Source of the DNA: Mobula hypostoma
Lineage: Eukaryota
Reading direction: 5' to 3'
Length of the DNA stretch: 64,000 bases
NCBI RefSeq assembly: GCF_963921235.1
Contig: NC_086108.1
Location: 17,422,001 to 17,486,000 of the forward strand
The notes beneath the pieces were generated by a model. It was not told where the DNA came from, did no database searches, and worked only from the letters and a program-made list of their open reading frames with translations. Position 1 is the first letter of the stretch, and each line of letters opens with the position of its first letter. This document shows, one piece after another, positions 1 through 10,735 of this stretch. A program made the position numbers and the translations under genes.

Positions 1-1525
1 CAGCACTCGATTCAATATGAGAAGGCACAGGCAGTGGTGAGAAGAACTATACGACAAGCTAAAAGGGCAAGTTGGAGGAGTTTTTGCGACAAAATAGGAA
101 GAACAACACCTGTGGGAGAGGTATGGGGAATGATTAAGAGGATGGGGGGAGATAGAAGGGAATGGGAATATCCAATAATGATATCTGAGGAGGAAACAGC
201 AGACTTCAGTAGGGATAAGGCTGAGATCATGGCCAAGTTGTTTGTACAGATACACAGTTCAGAAAATTTGTCTGAAGAAGGGAGAAGGAGAAGGGAAAGA
301 ACAATGAGTCAACACCCAGGTGTGTTAAACAGGAGGGAAGAAACTGATAATATAATTGATGATCCATTTACTTTGGCAGAAATGGTGAGAGCAAAAAAGA
401 GATAGAGACCAACCTCCCCAGGGAAAGATCTGATATGTTATGCTAAAAAAGTCTAGGAGAAGGAGCGCTCTTGCAGTTGCTGCATTTTTATAACAGAGTG
501 TGGGAGGAGGGAAGATTACCAAGTGCATGGAAAGAAGCAGTAGTAATTCCAGTAAGGAAATCTGGCAAGGATCCATCAAAACCCACTAGCTACAGATCAA
601 TAGCATGAACATGAAATATATGCAAGACAATGGAAAGGATGATAACAGAAAGGTTATCGTATGAGCTTGAGAAGAAGGGAATGCTGGCAAGTTATCAGAG
701 TGGTTTTAGGAAGGGAAGGAATTCCATGGACTCAGTGATAAGGTTAGAGACTGAAATAAGAAAGCCCCAGGCAAATAAAGAATCAGCAGTTGCAGTGTTT
801 TTTGACATAGAAAAACCCTATGATATGATGTGGAAGGAAATGGCACCCAGTTCCACAGTTGTGTAATTAAACTGCACAAGATGGGGGTTGGTGGGAGAGT
901 TTTTAATTGGATTAAAGATTTTTTGTTTGGTAGAAAATTTCAAGTTCTGATTGGATCAGAATTATCAAAACAATACATAGTGGGAAATGGCACACCTCAA
1001 AGTAGTGTGATTAGCCCATTACTTGTCATCATTATGATCAATGATGTTTTCACAAAGGTACCAGTGGATATAGGTACGTCACTGTTTGCGGATGGTGGGG
1101 CCTTTTAGAAAAGAGGCAGGAACATGGAGCATATAATCAGGAAACTACAAGGAGCAATTTATGAAGTGGTGGAGTGGGGTAATGATTGGGGATGTAGATT
1201 TTCAGCAGAAAAAACTCAAACTGTATTTTTCACCAGGAAAAGAATTGAGGTAGGGAAGAAATTAAGGATGTATGGGATTGAATTAGAAAGGGTTGGATCA
1301 TTTAAGTTTCTTGGAGTTATATTTGATTCACGATTAACATGGACAGACCATATCAGGAAAGTTGAGGAGAAATGTCAAAATAGTAATAAATGTGATGAGA
1401 TGTTTGACTGGTAGGGAATGGGGAGCAAGTTGTTCAGCGTTGAAGAGAATGTGTGTGGCTTTAGTAAGATCTGTGTTGGACTATGGAAATATAGCATATG
1501 GATCAGCAGCTAGGTCTCTTATAAG
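1..1525 (+). mobile_element. Nimb/I-clade LINE, copy 1, RT part (frameshifted)
   Basis: RT motifs QSGFRKGR, FFDIEK, GTPQ and LFADG. Colinear with the copy at 47320-50877. Confidence 0.88.
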
Positions 1526-1587
1526 AAACACACATAAAAGTTGCTGGTGAACGTAGCAGGCCAGGCAGCATCTCTAGGAAGAGGTAC

Positions 1588-1623
1588 AGTTGACGTTTCG
1601 GGCTGAGACCCTTCGTCAGGACT
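1588..1623 (-). ncRNA. Minimal hammerhead ribozyme motif (PLE)
   Basis: Minus strand reads AGTC-CTGACGA-A-GGGTCTCAGCCC-GAAA-CGTC-AACT. Confidence 0.7.
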
Positions 1624-1740
1624 AACTGAGAGAAGAGCTAGTAAGAGATTTGAAAGTGGGAGAGGGAGGGGAGATCTGAAATGATAGGAGAAGACAGGAG
1701 GGGGAGGGATGGAGCCAAGAGCTGGACAGTTGATTGGCAA

Positions 1741-3372
1741 CATAGAAACATAGAAAATAGGTACAGGAGTAGGCCATTCGGCCCTTCGAGCCTGCACCGC
1801 CATTCAGTATGATCATGGCTGATCATCCAACTCAAAACCCTGTACCAGCCTTCCCTCCATACCCCCTGATCCCTTTAGCCACAAGGGCCATATCTAACTC
1901 CCTCTTAAATATAGCCAATGAACTGGCCTCAACTGTTTCCTGTGGCAGAGAATTCCACAGATTCACCACTCTCTGTGTGAAGAAGTTTTTCCTAATCTCG
2001 GTCCTAAAAGGCTTCCCCTCTATCCTCAAACTGTGACCCCTCGTTCTGGACTTCCCCAACATCGGGAACAATCTTCCTGCATCTAGCCTGTCCAATCCCT
2101 TTAGGATTTTATACGTTTCAATCAGATCCCCCCTCAATCTTCTAAATTCCAACGAGTATAAGCCGAGTTCATCCAGTCTTTCATCATACGAAAGTCCTGC
2201 CATCCCAGGAATCAATCTGGTGAATCTTCTTTGTACTCCCTCTATGGCAAGGATGTCTTTCCTCAGATTAGGGGACCAAAACTGCACACAATACTCCAGG
2301 TGTGGTCTCACCAAGGCCTTGTACAACTGCAGTAGTACCTCCCTGCTCCTGTACTCGAATCCTCTTGCTATAAATGCCAGCATACCATTTGCCTTTTTCA
2401 CCGCCAGCTGTACCTGCATGCCCACTTTCAATGACTGGTGTATAATGACACCCAGGTCTCGTTGCACCTCCCCTTTTCCTAATTGGCCACCATTCAGATA
2501 ATAATCTGTTTTCCTGTTTTTGCCACCAAAGTGGATAACTTCACATTTATTCACATTAAATTGCATCTGCCATGAATTTGCCCACTCACCTAACCTATCC
2601 AAGTCACCCTGCATCCTCTTAGCATCCTCCTCACAGCTAACACTGCCGCCCAGCTTCGTGTCATCCACAAACTTGGAGATGCTGCATTTAATTCCCTCAT
2701 CCAAGTCATTAATATATATTGTAAACAACTGGGGTCCCAGCACTGAGCCTTGCGGTACCCCACTAGTCACTGCCTGCCATTCTGAAAAGGTCCTGTTTAT
2801 TCCCACTCTTTGCTTCCTGTCTGCCAACCAATTCTCTATCCACATCAATACCTTACCCCCAATACCGTGTGCTTTAAGTTTGCACACTAATCTCCTGTGT
2901 GGGACCTTGTTGAAAGCCTTTTGAAAATCCAAATATACCACATCCACTCCCTATCCACTCTACTAGTTACATCCTCAAAAAATTCTATGAGATTCGTCAG
3001 ACATGATTTTCCTTTCACAAATCCATGCTGACTTTGTCCGATCATTTCACCGCTTTCCAAATGTGCTGTTATCACATCTTTGATAACTGACTCTAGCAGT
3101 TTCCCCAGCACCGATGTTAGGCTAACCGGTCTATAATTCCCTGGTTTCTCTCTCCCTCCTTTTTTAAAAAGTGGGGTTACATTAGTCACCCTCCAATCCT
3201 CAGGAACTAGTCCAGAATCTAAAGAGTTTTGAAAAATTATCACTAATGCATCCACTATTTTTTGAGCTACTTCCTTAAGCACTTTGGGATGCAGACCATC
3301 TGGCCCTGGGGATTTATCCGCCTTTAATCCCTTCAATCTACCTAACACCACTTCCCTACTAACATGTATTTC
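1741..3372 (-). mobile_element. CR1 LINE, 5'-truncated, young subfamily
   Basis: RT ORFs 2887-3351 and 1832-2947 (SGVPQGS, SKFVDDTK), with a (TTTCTATG)n tail at 1741. Confidence 0.93.
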
Positions 3373-5143
3373 CCATCATGGGACAGGAGGCCTCGGAAGA
3401 AAGGAAAGGGGGAGCGGGGAAAACCAGTGGATGGGCAAGGGGTATAGTGAAGGAGACAGAGGGAGAAAAAGGAGAAAGAGGAAAAGAATGTGTGCATATA
3501 AATAAATAACGGGTGGGGTACGAGGGGGAGGTGGGGCATTAGCGGAAGTTAGAGAAGTCGATGTTCATGCCATCAGGTTGGAGGCTACCCAGATGGAATA
3601 TAAGGTGTTGTTCCTCCAACCTGAGTGTGGCTTCATCTTGACAGTAGAGGAGGCCGTGGATAAACATATCAGAATGTGAATGGGACGTGGAATTGAAATG
3701 TGTTGCTACTGGAAGCTTTCTCTGGCGAACAGAGCGTAGGTGCTCAGCGAAACGATCTCCCAGTCTGCGTCGGGTCTCGCCAATATATAAAAGGCCACAT
3801 CGGGAGCACTAGACGCAGTATATCACCCCAGCCGACTCACAGGTGAAGTGTCGCCTCACCTGGAAAGACTGTCTGGGGCCCTGAATGGTAGTGAGGAAGG
3901 AAGTGTAAGGGCATGTGTAGCACTTGTTCCACTTACAAGGATAAGTGCCAGAAGGGAGATCGGTGTGGAGGGATGGGGGGGGGGGCGGGGACACGAATGG
4001 ACAAGGGAGTCGCGTAGGGAGCGATCCCTGCTGAAAGCGGGGGGGGGGGTAGGAAAAGATGTTCTTAGTGGTGGGATCCCGCTGGAGGTGATGGAAGTTA
4101 CGGAGAATTATATGTTGGACCCAGAGGCTGGTGGGGTGGTAGGTGAGGACAAGGGGAACCCTATTCCTAGTGGGGTGGTGGGAGGATGGAGTGAGAGCAG
4201 ATGTGCATGAAATGGGGGAGATGTGTTGAGAGCAGAGTTGATGGTGGAGGAAGGGAAGCCCCTTTCTTTAAAAAAGGACATCTCCTTCATCCTGGAATGA
4301 AAAGCCTCATCCTCCTGGCACTTATCCTTGTAAGTGGAACAAGTGCTACACATGGCCTTACACTTCCTCCCTCACTACCATTCAGGGCCCTAGACAGTCC
4401 TTCCAGGTGAGGTGACACTTTACCTGTCAGCTCATGTTCTTGCGACACTGTTTGTCCGACAAAGTGATCAGCAGCACTGGGGCTCCACAGGGCTCTGTCT
4501 TGTCTCCCTTTCTCTTCACCATTTACACCTCGGACTTCAACTACTGCACAGAGTCTTGTCATCTTCAGAAGTTTTCTAATGACTCTGCCATAGTTGGATG
4601 CATCAGCTAGGGAGATGAGGCTGAGTACAGGGCTACGGTAGGAAGCTTTGTCACATGGTGTGAGCAGAATTATCTGCAGCTTAATGTGAAAAAGACTAAG
4701 GAGCTGGTGGTAGACCTGAGGAGAGCTAAGGTACCGGCGACCTCTGTTTCCATCCAGGGGGTCAGTGTGGACATGGTGGAGGATTACAAATACCTGGGGA
4801 TACGAATTGACAATAAACTGGACTGGTCAAAGAACACCGAGGCTGTCTACAAGAAGGGTCAGAGCCGTCTCTATTTCCTGAGGAGACTGAGGTCCTTCAA
4901 CATCTGCCGGACGATGCCGAGGATGTTCTATGAGTCTGTGGTGGCCAGTGCTATCATGTTTGCTGTTGTGTGCTGGGGCAGCAGGCTGAGGGTAGCAGAC
5001 ACCAACAGAATCAACAAACTCATTCGTAAGGCTAGTGATGTTGTGGGATGGAAATGGACTCTGACATTGGTGTCTGAAAAGAGGATGCTGTCCAAGTTGC
5101 ATGCCATCTTGGACAAAGTCTCCCATCCACTACATAATGTACT

Positions 5144-5363
5144 GCAAACAACAGGAATTCTGCAGATGCTGGAAATTCAAGCAACACACATCAAAGTTGC
5201 TGGCGAACGCAGCAGGCCAGGCGGCATCTCTAGGAAGAGGTACAGTCGACGTTTCAGGCCGAGACCCTTCGTGGAGTCCTGACGAAGGGTCTCGGCCTGA
5301 AACGTCGACTATACCTCTTCCTGGAGATGCTGCCTGGCCTGCTGCGTTCACCAGCAACTTTGA
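5144..5363. mobile_element. Short palindromic (foldback) Penelope-derived element
   Basis: Two inverted copies of the PLE terminus. TSD TACATAATGTACT at 5131-5143 and 5364-5376. Confidence 0.85.
5275..5310 (+). ncRNA. Minimal hammerhead ribozyme motif (PLE)
   Basis: AGTC-CTGACGA-A-GGGTCTCGGCCT-GAAA-CGTC-GACT. Confidence 0.65.
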
Positions 5364-6231
5364 TACATAATGTACTGGTTGGGCACAGGAGTACATTCAG
5401 CCGGAGACTCATTCCACTGAGATGCAACACAGAGTGTCATAGGAAGTCATTCCTGCCTGTGGCCATCAAACTTTACAACTCCTCCCTTGGAGGGTCACAC
5501 AGCCTGAGCCAATAGGCTGGGCCTGGACTTATTTCCTGGCATAATTTACATATTACTATTTAATTATTTATGGTTTTATTACTATTTAATTATTTATGGT
5601 GCAACTGTAACGAAAACCAGTTTCCCCCAGGATCAATAAAGTATGACTAAGACTATGACTATACTGCATCCAGTTCTCCCGATGTGGCCTTCTATATATT
5701 GGCGAGACCCGACGCAGACTGGGTTCACCTACACTCTGTCCACCAGAGAAAGCAGGATCTCCCAGTGGCCACACATTTTAATTCCACGTCCCATTCCCAT
5801 TCTGATATGTTTATCCACGGCCTCCTCTACTGTCAAGATGAAGCCACACTCAGGTTGGAGGAACAACACCCTATATTCCATCTGGGTAGCCTCCAACCTG
5901 ATGGCATGAATATTGACTTCTCAAACTTCTGCTAATGCCCCACCTCCCCCCATACCCCATCCGTTATTTATTTATATACACACATTCTTTTTCCTTCTCT
6001 CCTTTTTCTTCCTCTGTCCCCCTCACTATACCCCTTGCCCATCCTCTGTTTTTCCCCCGCTCCCCCTTTTCTTTCTCCCTCGGCCTCCTGTCCCATAATC
6101 CTGTCATATCCCTTTTGCCAATCAACTGTCCAGCTCTTGGCTCCATCCCTCCCCCTCCTGTCTTCTCCTATCATTTCAGATCTCCCCTCCCCCTCCCACT
6201 TTCAAATCTCTTACTAGCTCTTCTTTCAGTT

Positions 6232-6267
6232 AGTCCTGACGAAGGGTCTCGGCCCGAAACGTCGACT
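6232..6267 (+). ncRNA. Minimal hammerhead ribozyme motif (PLE), best-preserved copy
   Basis: AGTC-CTGACGA-A-GGGTCTCGGCCC-GAAA-CGTC-GACT. Both core boxes are present, with stem I AGTC/GACT, stem II GGGT/GCCC and a palindromic ACGT stem III. Predicted cleavage is after GUC at 6263. Confidence 0.75.
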
Positions 6268-6379
6268 GTACCTCTTCCTAGAGATGCTGGTTGGCCTGCT
6301 GCGTTCACCAGCAACTTTTATGTGTGTTGCTTGAAATTCCAGCATCTGCAGATTTCCTTGTGTTTGCGTCTCTTATAAG

Positions 6380-7866
6380 GAAACTTGTTGTGATTCAGGC
6401 TCAGGCTTTGAGAGTGTGCAGTGGGGCTTTTAAAACATAACCAGTATTAACCCTACAGGTAGAAGAGGGAGTAAAGCCTTTGGAACTAAGAAGGATGCAA
6501 TTGATGGCAAACTACTGGGCTAATTTGCAGGGGCACATTGATTCTCACCCTGCAAAAGGAGTGTTGCAGGAGTGCTGGGAAAATGGGAGGTTTCAGAGGG
6601 GATACCTTTAGTTGAGTAAGGAATGATATTGCTAAAGAATATGGAGTGTTTGATCTAAGGATAAGTTCTTCAGTAGTTTATCTGGTTGTAGCTCCATGGA
6701 AGCTTGTATGGCCTGACATAGACTGGCATTTGTTAGAGGTAAAAAGGAAAGGAAAATATAAAACTGATTTGCTAAGTGCATTTAACTGTCATGTGATGGA
6801 AAAGTATAGTGATTATACTCAGATTTATACAGATGGTGCTAAGGAACCTGAAACAGGAGTGACAGGGTTTGGGGTGGCTACACCAGCAAAAGAAATTGGA
6901 ATCAGCAGAAGAACATCTAATAAGTTAGGGGTGTATACAGTGGAGATGCTGGCAGTGTTGGTTGCGTTGCGATGGGTGGAGAAAGCTAAACAAGTCAAAG
7001 TGCTGATATGCTCAGATTCATCCTAAGTTCTAGCAAGTTTAAGGTCTTTTCACTCAAACAGTCGGCAAGATGTACTTTATGAAGTCCTTCAGTCAGTCAC
7101 AAGAATTGCAAATCAGGGAGGTCAGGTAAAATTTCTATGGGTTCCAGCACATATAGGGGCGAAGGGGAATGAGAGGGTGGATGAGTTGGCAAAGAGGGTG
7201 TTAAAGAAAGAAAATATAGAAATGCACATTACTATCAGTAAGCAGAGGTTAATTGTGTAATCTGGGAATAAATCAACCAAATGTGGCAAGAAAGATAGGA
7301 CAGGGAGGGGAAAGGGAAACATTTATATCAAATACAAAAGAGTGTTGCAGGTACTAGGGTGGGTAGTGGATACAGAAGAGAGGAAACTGTGGACTCGATT
7401 AAGGCTGGGGCACTGTGCATTAAACAAAACATTGAAAATACTAGGGAAACACCAGACAGGATTGTGTGAGGAATATCAGGAAGAGGAGTCAGTAGAACAT
7501 ACTTCCTGAGTTGCAGGAAGTATGGGATACAGAGGGAGATGATGAAAATTAATCTAAGGGAATTGGGGGTGCAGGAATTCACATTAAAAGGGTTGCTGGG
7601 CATGGGTGAGAGAGCACAGGTCAGAGTATTTTTAGATTTCTTAAGGGGTACAGGGGTTTTTATAGGATATGATGGATAAGCAGGAATTAGGGTACTAGGA
7701 TGGCCAAAGATGGGAGGATAAAGTGTAGGTTGGGTGTTTGTGTGAGAGTGAGTGATTGGGTGAAGGGATTTAGAATGTAAGTCTATTGCACACTCTGGAT
7801 CAGACGGTAGCGGTAATGCACCATTAATCTGGGTGCCAACTGCCGTAAAACAAGACGGAGAAGAAA
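6380..7866 (+). mobile_element. Nimb/I-clade LINE, copy 1, RNase H part and 3' end
   Basis: Resumes after the TSD GTCTCTTATAAG. RNase H motifs IYTDG, EMLAV, ICSDS and WVPAH..GNE..D. The 3' stem-loop matches copy 2. Confidence 0.88.
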
Positions 7867-7867
7867 G

Positions 7868-9884
7868 AGGTCCAGCTTCCAGTGAGTTAGTATCCTGGGG
7901 AAAAACTCCACCATGAAGACAAAAGAACACTCCAAGCAACTCTGCAAAAAGCACAAGTCAAGAGATGGATGCAAGAAAATTTCCACGTCACTGAATATCC
8001 CTTGGAGCACAGATAAGTCAATCATCAAGAAAAGAAGGAACATGGCACAGCTGTAAATCTGCCTAGAGCAGGTCTTCCTCAAAACCTGAGAGACCACAGG
8101 GACTAGTGAGGGAGGCCACCAAGAGACTTATGACAAATCTGGAGGAGTTACAAGCTTCAGAGATGGGAGAGACTGTGTATACAACAACTGTTGCCCGGGT
8201 GCTTCACCAGTTGCAGCTTTATGAGAGAGTGGCAAAGAGAAAGCCACTGTTGGGGGAAAATAACTTTCATGAAATCTCAGCTAGAGTTTGCCAGAAGGCA
8301 TGTGGGAGACCCTCAGATCAGCTGGAAGAAAGTTCTACAACCTGATGAAACCAAAATTGAGCTTTTTAGCCATCAGACTAAACACTATGATTGACGTAAG
8401 CCGAACACTGCACACCATTTAAAAACACAACCATCCCTTCCGTGAAGTATGTTGGTGGCTACATCATGCCGTGGGGATGCTTCACTGTAGCAGACCCTGG
8501 AAGGCTTGCGAAGGTAGAGGGTAAATTGAATGCAGCAAAATACAGGAAAATCCTGGAGGAAAACCTGATGCAGTCTGCAAGAGAACTGCAACTTGGGAGA
8601 AGATTTGTTTTTTCAGCAAGACAATAGTCATAGTCATACTTTATTGATCCCGGGGGAAATTGGTTTTCGTTACAGTTGCACCATAAATAATAAATAGTAA
8701 TAAAACCACAAATAGTTAAATAGTAATAAGTAACTTATGCCAGTAAAGTATGAAATAAGTCCAGGACCAGCCTATTGGCTCAAGGTGTCTGACCCTCCAG
8801 GGGAGGAGTTGTAAAGTTTGATGGCCACAGGCAGGAATGACTTCCTATGACGCTCTGTGTTGCATCTCGGTGGAATGAGTCTCTAGCTGAATGTACTCCT
8901 GTGCCCACCCAGTACATTATGTAGTGGATGGGAGACATTGTCCAAGATAGCATGTAACTTAGACAGCATCCTCTTTTCAGACACCACCGTGAGAGAGTCC
9001 AGTTCCATCCCCACAACATCACTGGCCTTACAAATGAGTTTGTTGATTCTGTTGGTGTCTGCTACCCTCAGCCTGCTGCCCCAGCACACAACAGCAAACA
9101 TGATTACACTGACCATCATAGACTCATAGAACATCCTCAGCACCGTCTGGCAGATGTTAAAGGACCTCAGTCTCCTCAGGAAATAGAGATGGCTCTGACC
9201 CTTCTTGTAGACAGCCTCAGTGTTCTTTGACCAGTCCAGTTTATTGTCAATTCGTATCCCCAGGTATTTGTAATCCTCCACCATGTCCACTCTGACCCCC
9301 TGGATGGAAACAGGGGCCACCGGTACCTTAGCTCTCCTCAGGTCTACCACCAGCTACTTAGTCTTTTTCACAGTGACCCCAAGCATAAAGCCAAAGCTAC
9401 ACAGGAATGGCTTACAAACAACAAAGTTAATGTCCTGGAGTGGCCAAGTCAGAGTCCAGACCACAATCCAATTGAGAATTTGCGGCTGGACTTGAAAAGG
9501 ACTGTTCACTCACGATCCCTATACAATCTGACAGAACTTGAGCAGTTTTGTAAAGAAGAATGGGGAAAATATTGCTGTGTCCAGATGTGCAAAACTGATA
9601 GAGACCTATCCAAACAGACTCAAGACTAATTGCTGCCAAAGGTGCATCTATTAAATACTTACCTGAAGGTGGTGAATACTTAGGCAATCAACTATTTTGT
9701 GTTTTATATTTGTAATTAATTTAGATTACTTTGTAGAGAGCTGTTTTCAATTTGATATGAAAGAGTCTTTTTCAGTTGATCAGTGTCAAAAAAGCCAATT
9801 TAAATCCACTGTGATTCAATGTTGTAAAACAATAAAACATGCAAACTTCCAAGGGGTAGGGGGTGAATACATTTTATAGGCACT
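7868..9884 (+). mobile_element. Tc1-family DNA transposon remnant, split by a LINE
   Basis: ATG at 7913 (MKTKEHSKQL). Motifs DETKIELF, QDN|DPKH and [14 protein letters not shown] Tc1-type right terminus GGGGTGAATAC..TTTATAGGCACT ends at about 9884. The left TIR is not in the window. Confidence 0.87.
8626..9372 (-). mobile_element. Rex1/Babar-like LINE 3' fragment inserted in the Tc1
   Basis: ORF 8883-9350 matches 4686-5282. (ATGACT)n tail at 8626-8640. Confidence 0.82.
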
Positions 9885-10489
9885 TTACTTACCTCCAATC
9901 ACCTTGAAATTATGCCCCCTTGTATTAGCAATTCCCATCCTGTAAAAAAGTCTCTGGCTATCCACTTGATCTATGCCTCTTAATGTCTTGTACACTTCTA
10001 TCAAGTCACCTCTCATCTTCCTTTTCTCCACAGAGAAAGGCCCTAGCTGGGAAAAGTCTCTGGCTATTCACTCGATCTAACCCTCTTGTTGTCTTGTACA
10101 CTTCTATCAAGTCACCTCTCACCCTCCTTCAACCCAAACAGAAAAGCCCTAAGCTGAACTGGAAGGGGACTAACATCCTTGTGGGAAGGTTTGCTAGTGC
10201 TGCTCCGGGGGGTTTAAACTAAATTTGCAGGGGGAGGGGAACCAGAGTGTTAGAGCAGATAGTGAGGTGGAGGAGGATAAAGGTCATGCGAGAACTGCAA
10301 GTATAGTGCATGGAGTAAAGACAGATCTAACATATAAAGAGGCTTTGAGGAAAGAGAAGCAGAATAAAGGGTGTAAAGGTAGAAGGGCTAAAGTGCGTGT
10401 ACTTAAATGCAAGAAGCATCAGGAACAAAGGTGATGAACTGAGAGCTTGGATACATATATGGAATTATGATGTAGTGGCCATTACAGAG

Positions 10490-10735
10490 CCTCTCATTAT
10501 CCTCTCATATCCCTTTTGCCAATCAACTGTCCAGCTCTTGGCTCCATCCCTCCCCCTCCTGTCTTCTCCTATCATTTTGGATCTCCCCCTCCCCCTCCCC
10601 CTCCCACTTTCAAATCTCTTACTAACTCTTCTTTCAGTTAGTCCTGACGAAGGGTCTCGGCCCGAAATGTCGACTGTACCTCTTCCTAGAGCTGCTGCCT
10701 GGCCTGCTGCGTTCACCAGCAACTTTGATGTGTGT
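10490..10735 (+). mobile_element. Penelope-like terminal fragment inserted in the CR1
   Basis: Matches about 6095-6325. 14-bp TSD TGGCCATTACAGAG at 10476-10489 and 10736-10749. Confidence 0.85.
10640..10675 (+). ncRNA. Minimal hammerhead ribozyme motif (PLE)
   Basis: Same motif, but GAAATGTC (a CpG transition in stem III). Confidence 0.6.

Larger units (their letters stand above)
4430..5661 (+). mobile_element. Rex1/Babar-like LINE 3' fragment
   Basis: ORF KTKELVVDLRR...YKYLG...RLYFLRRLRSF. Ends in AATAAA plus an (ATGACT)n tail. Near-identical copies elsewhere in the window. Confidence 0.8.
1526..6367. mobile_element. Penelope-like element (GIY-YIG) with inverted 5' segment; hosts further insertions
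   Basis: Ends are long inverted repeats. GIY-YIG-type peptide (GTYPCK..KCYTC...FTCESAGVIYC...YIGET). Orientation switches at about 4312. 12-bp TSD GTCTCTTATAAG at 1514-1525 and 6368-6379. Confidence 0.85.

Noticed and set aside
1526..6367. DNA transposon with long TIRs
   Set aside because: The inverted ends are Penelope termini (GIY-YIG remnants, hammerhead motif), and no transposase is present.
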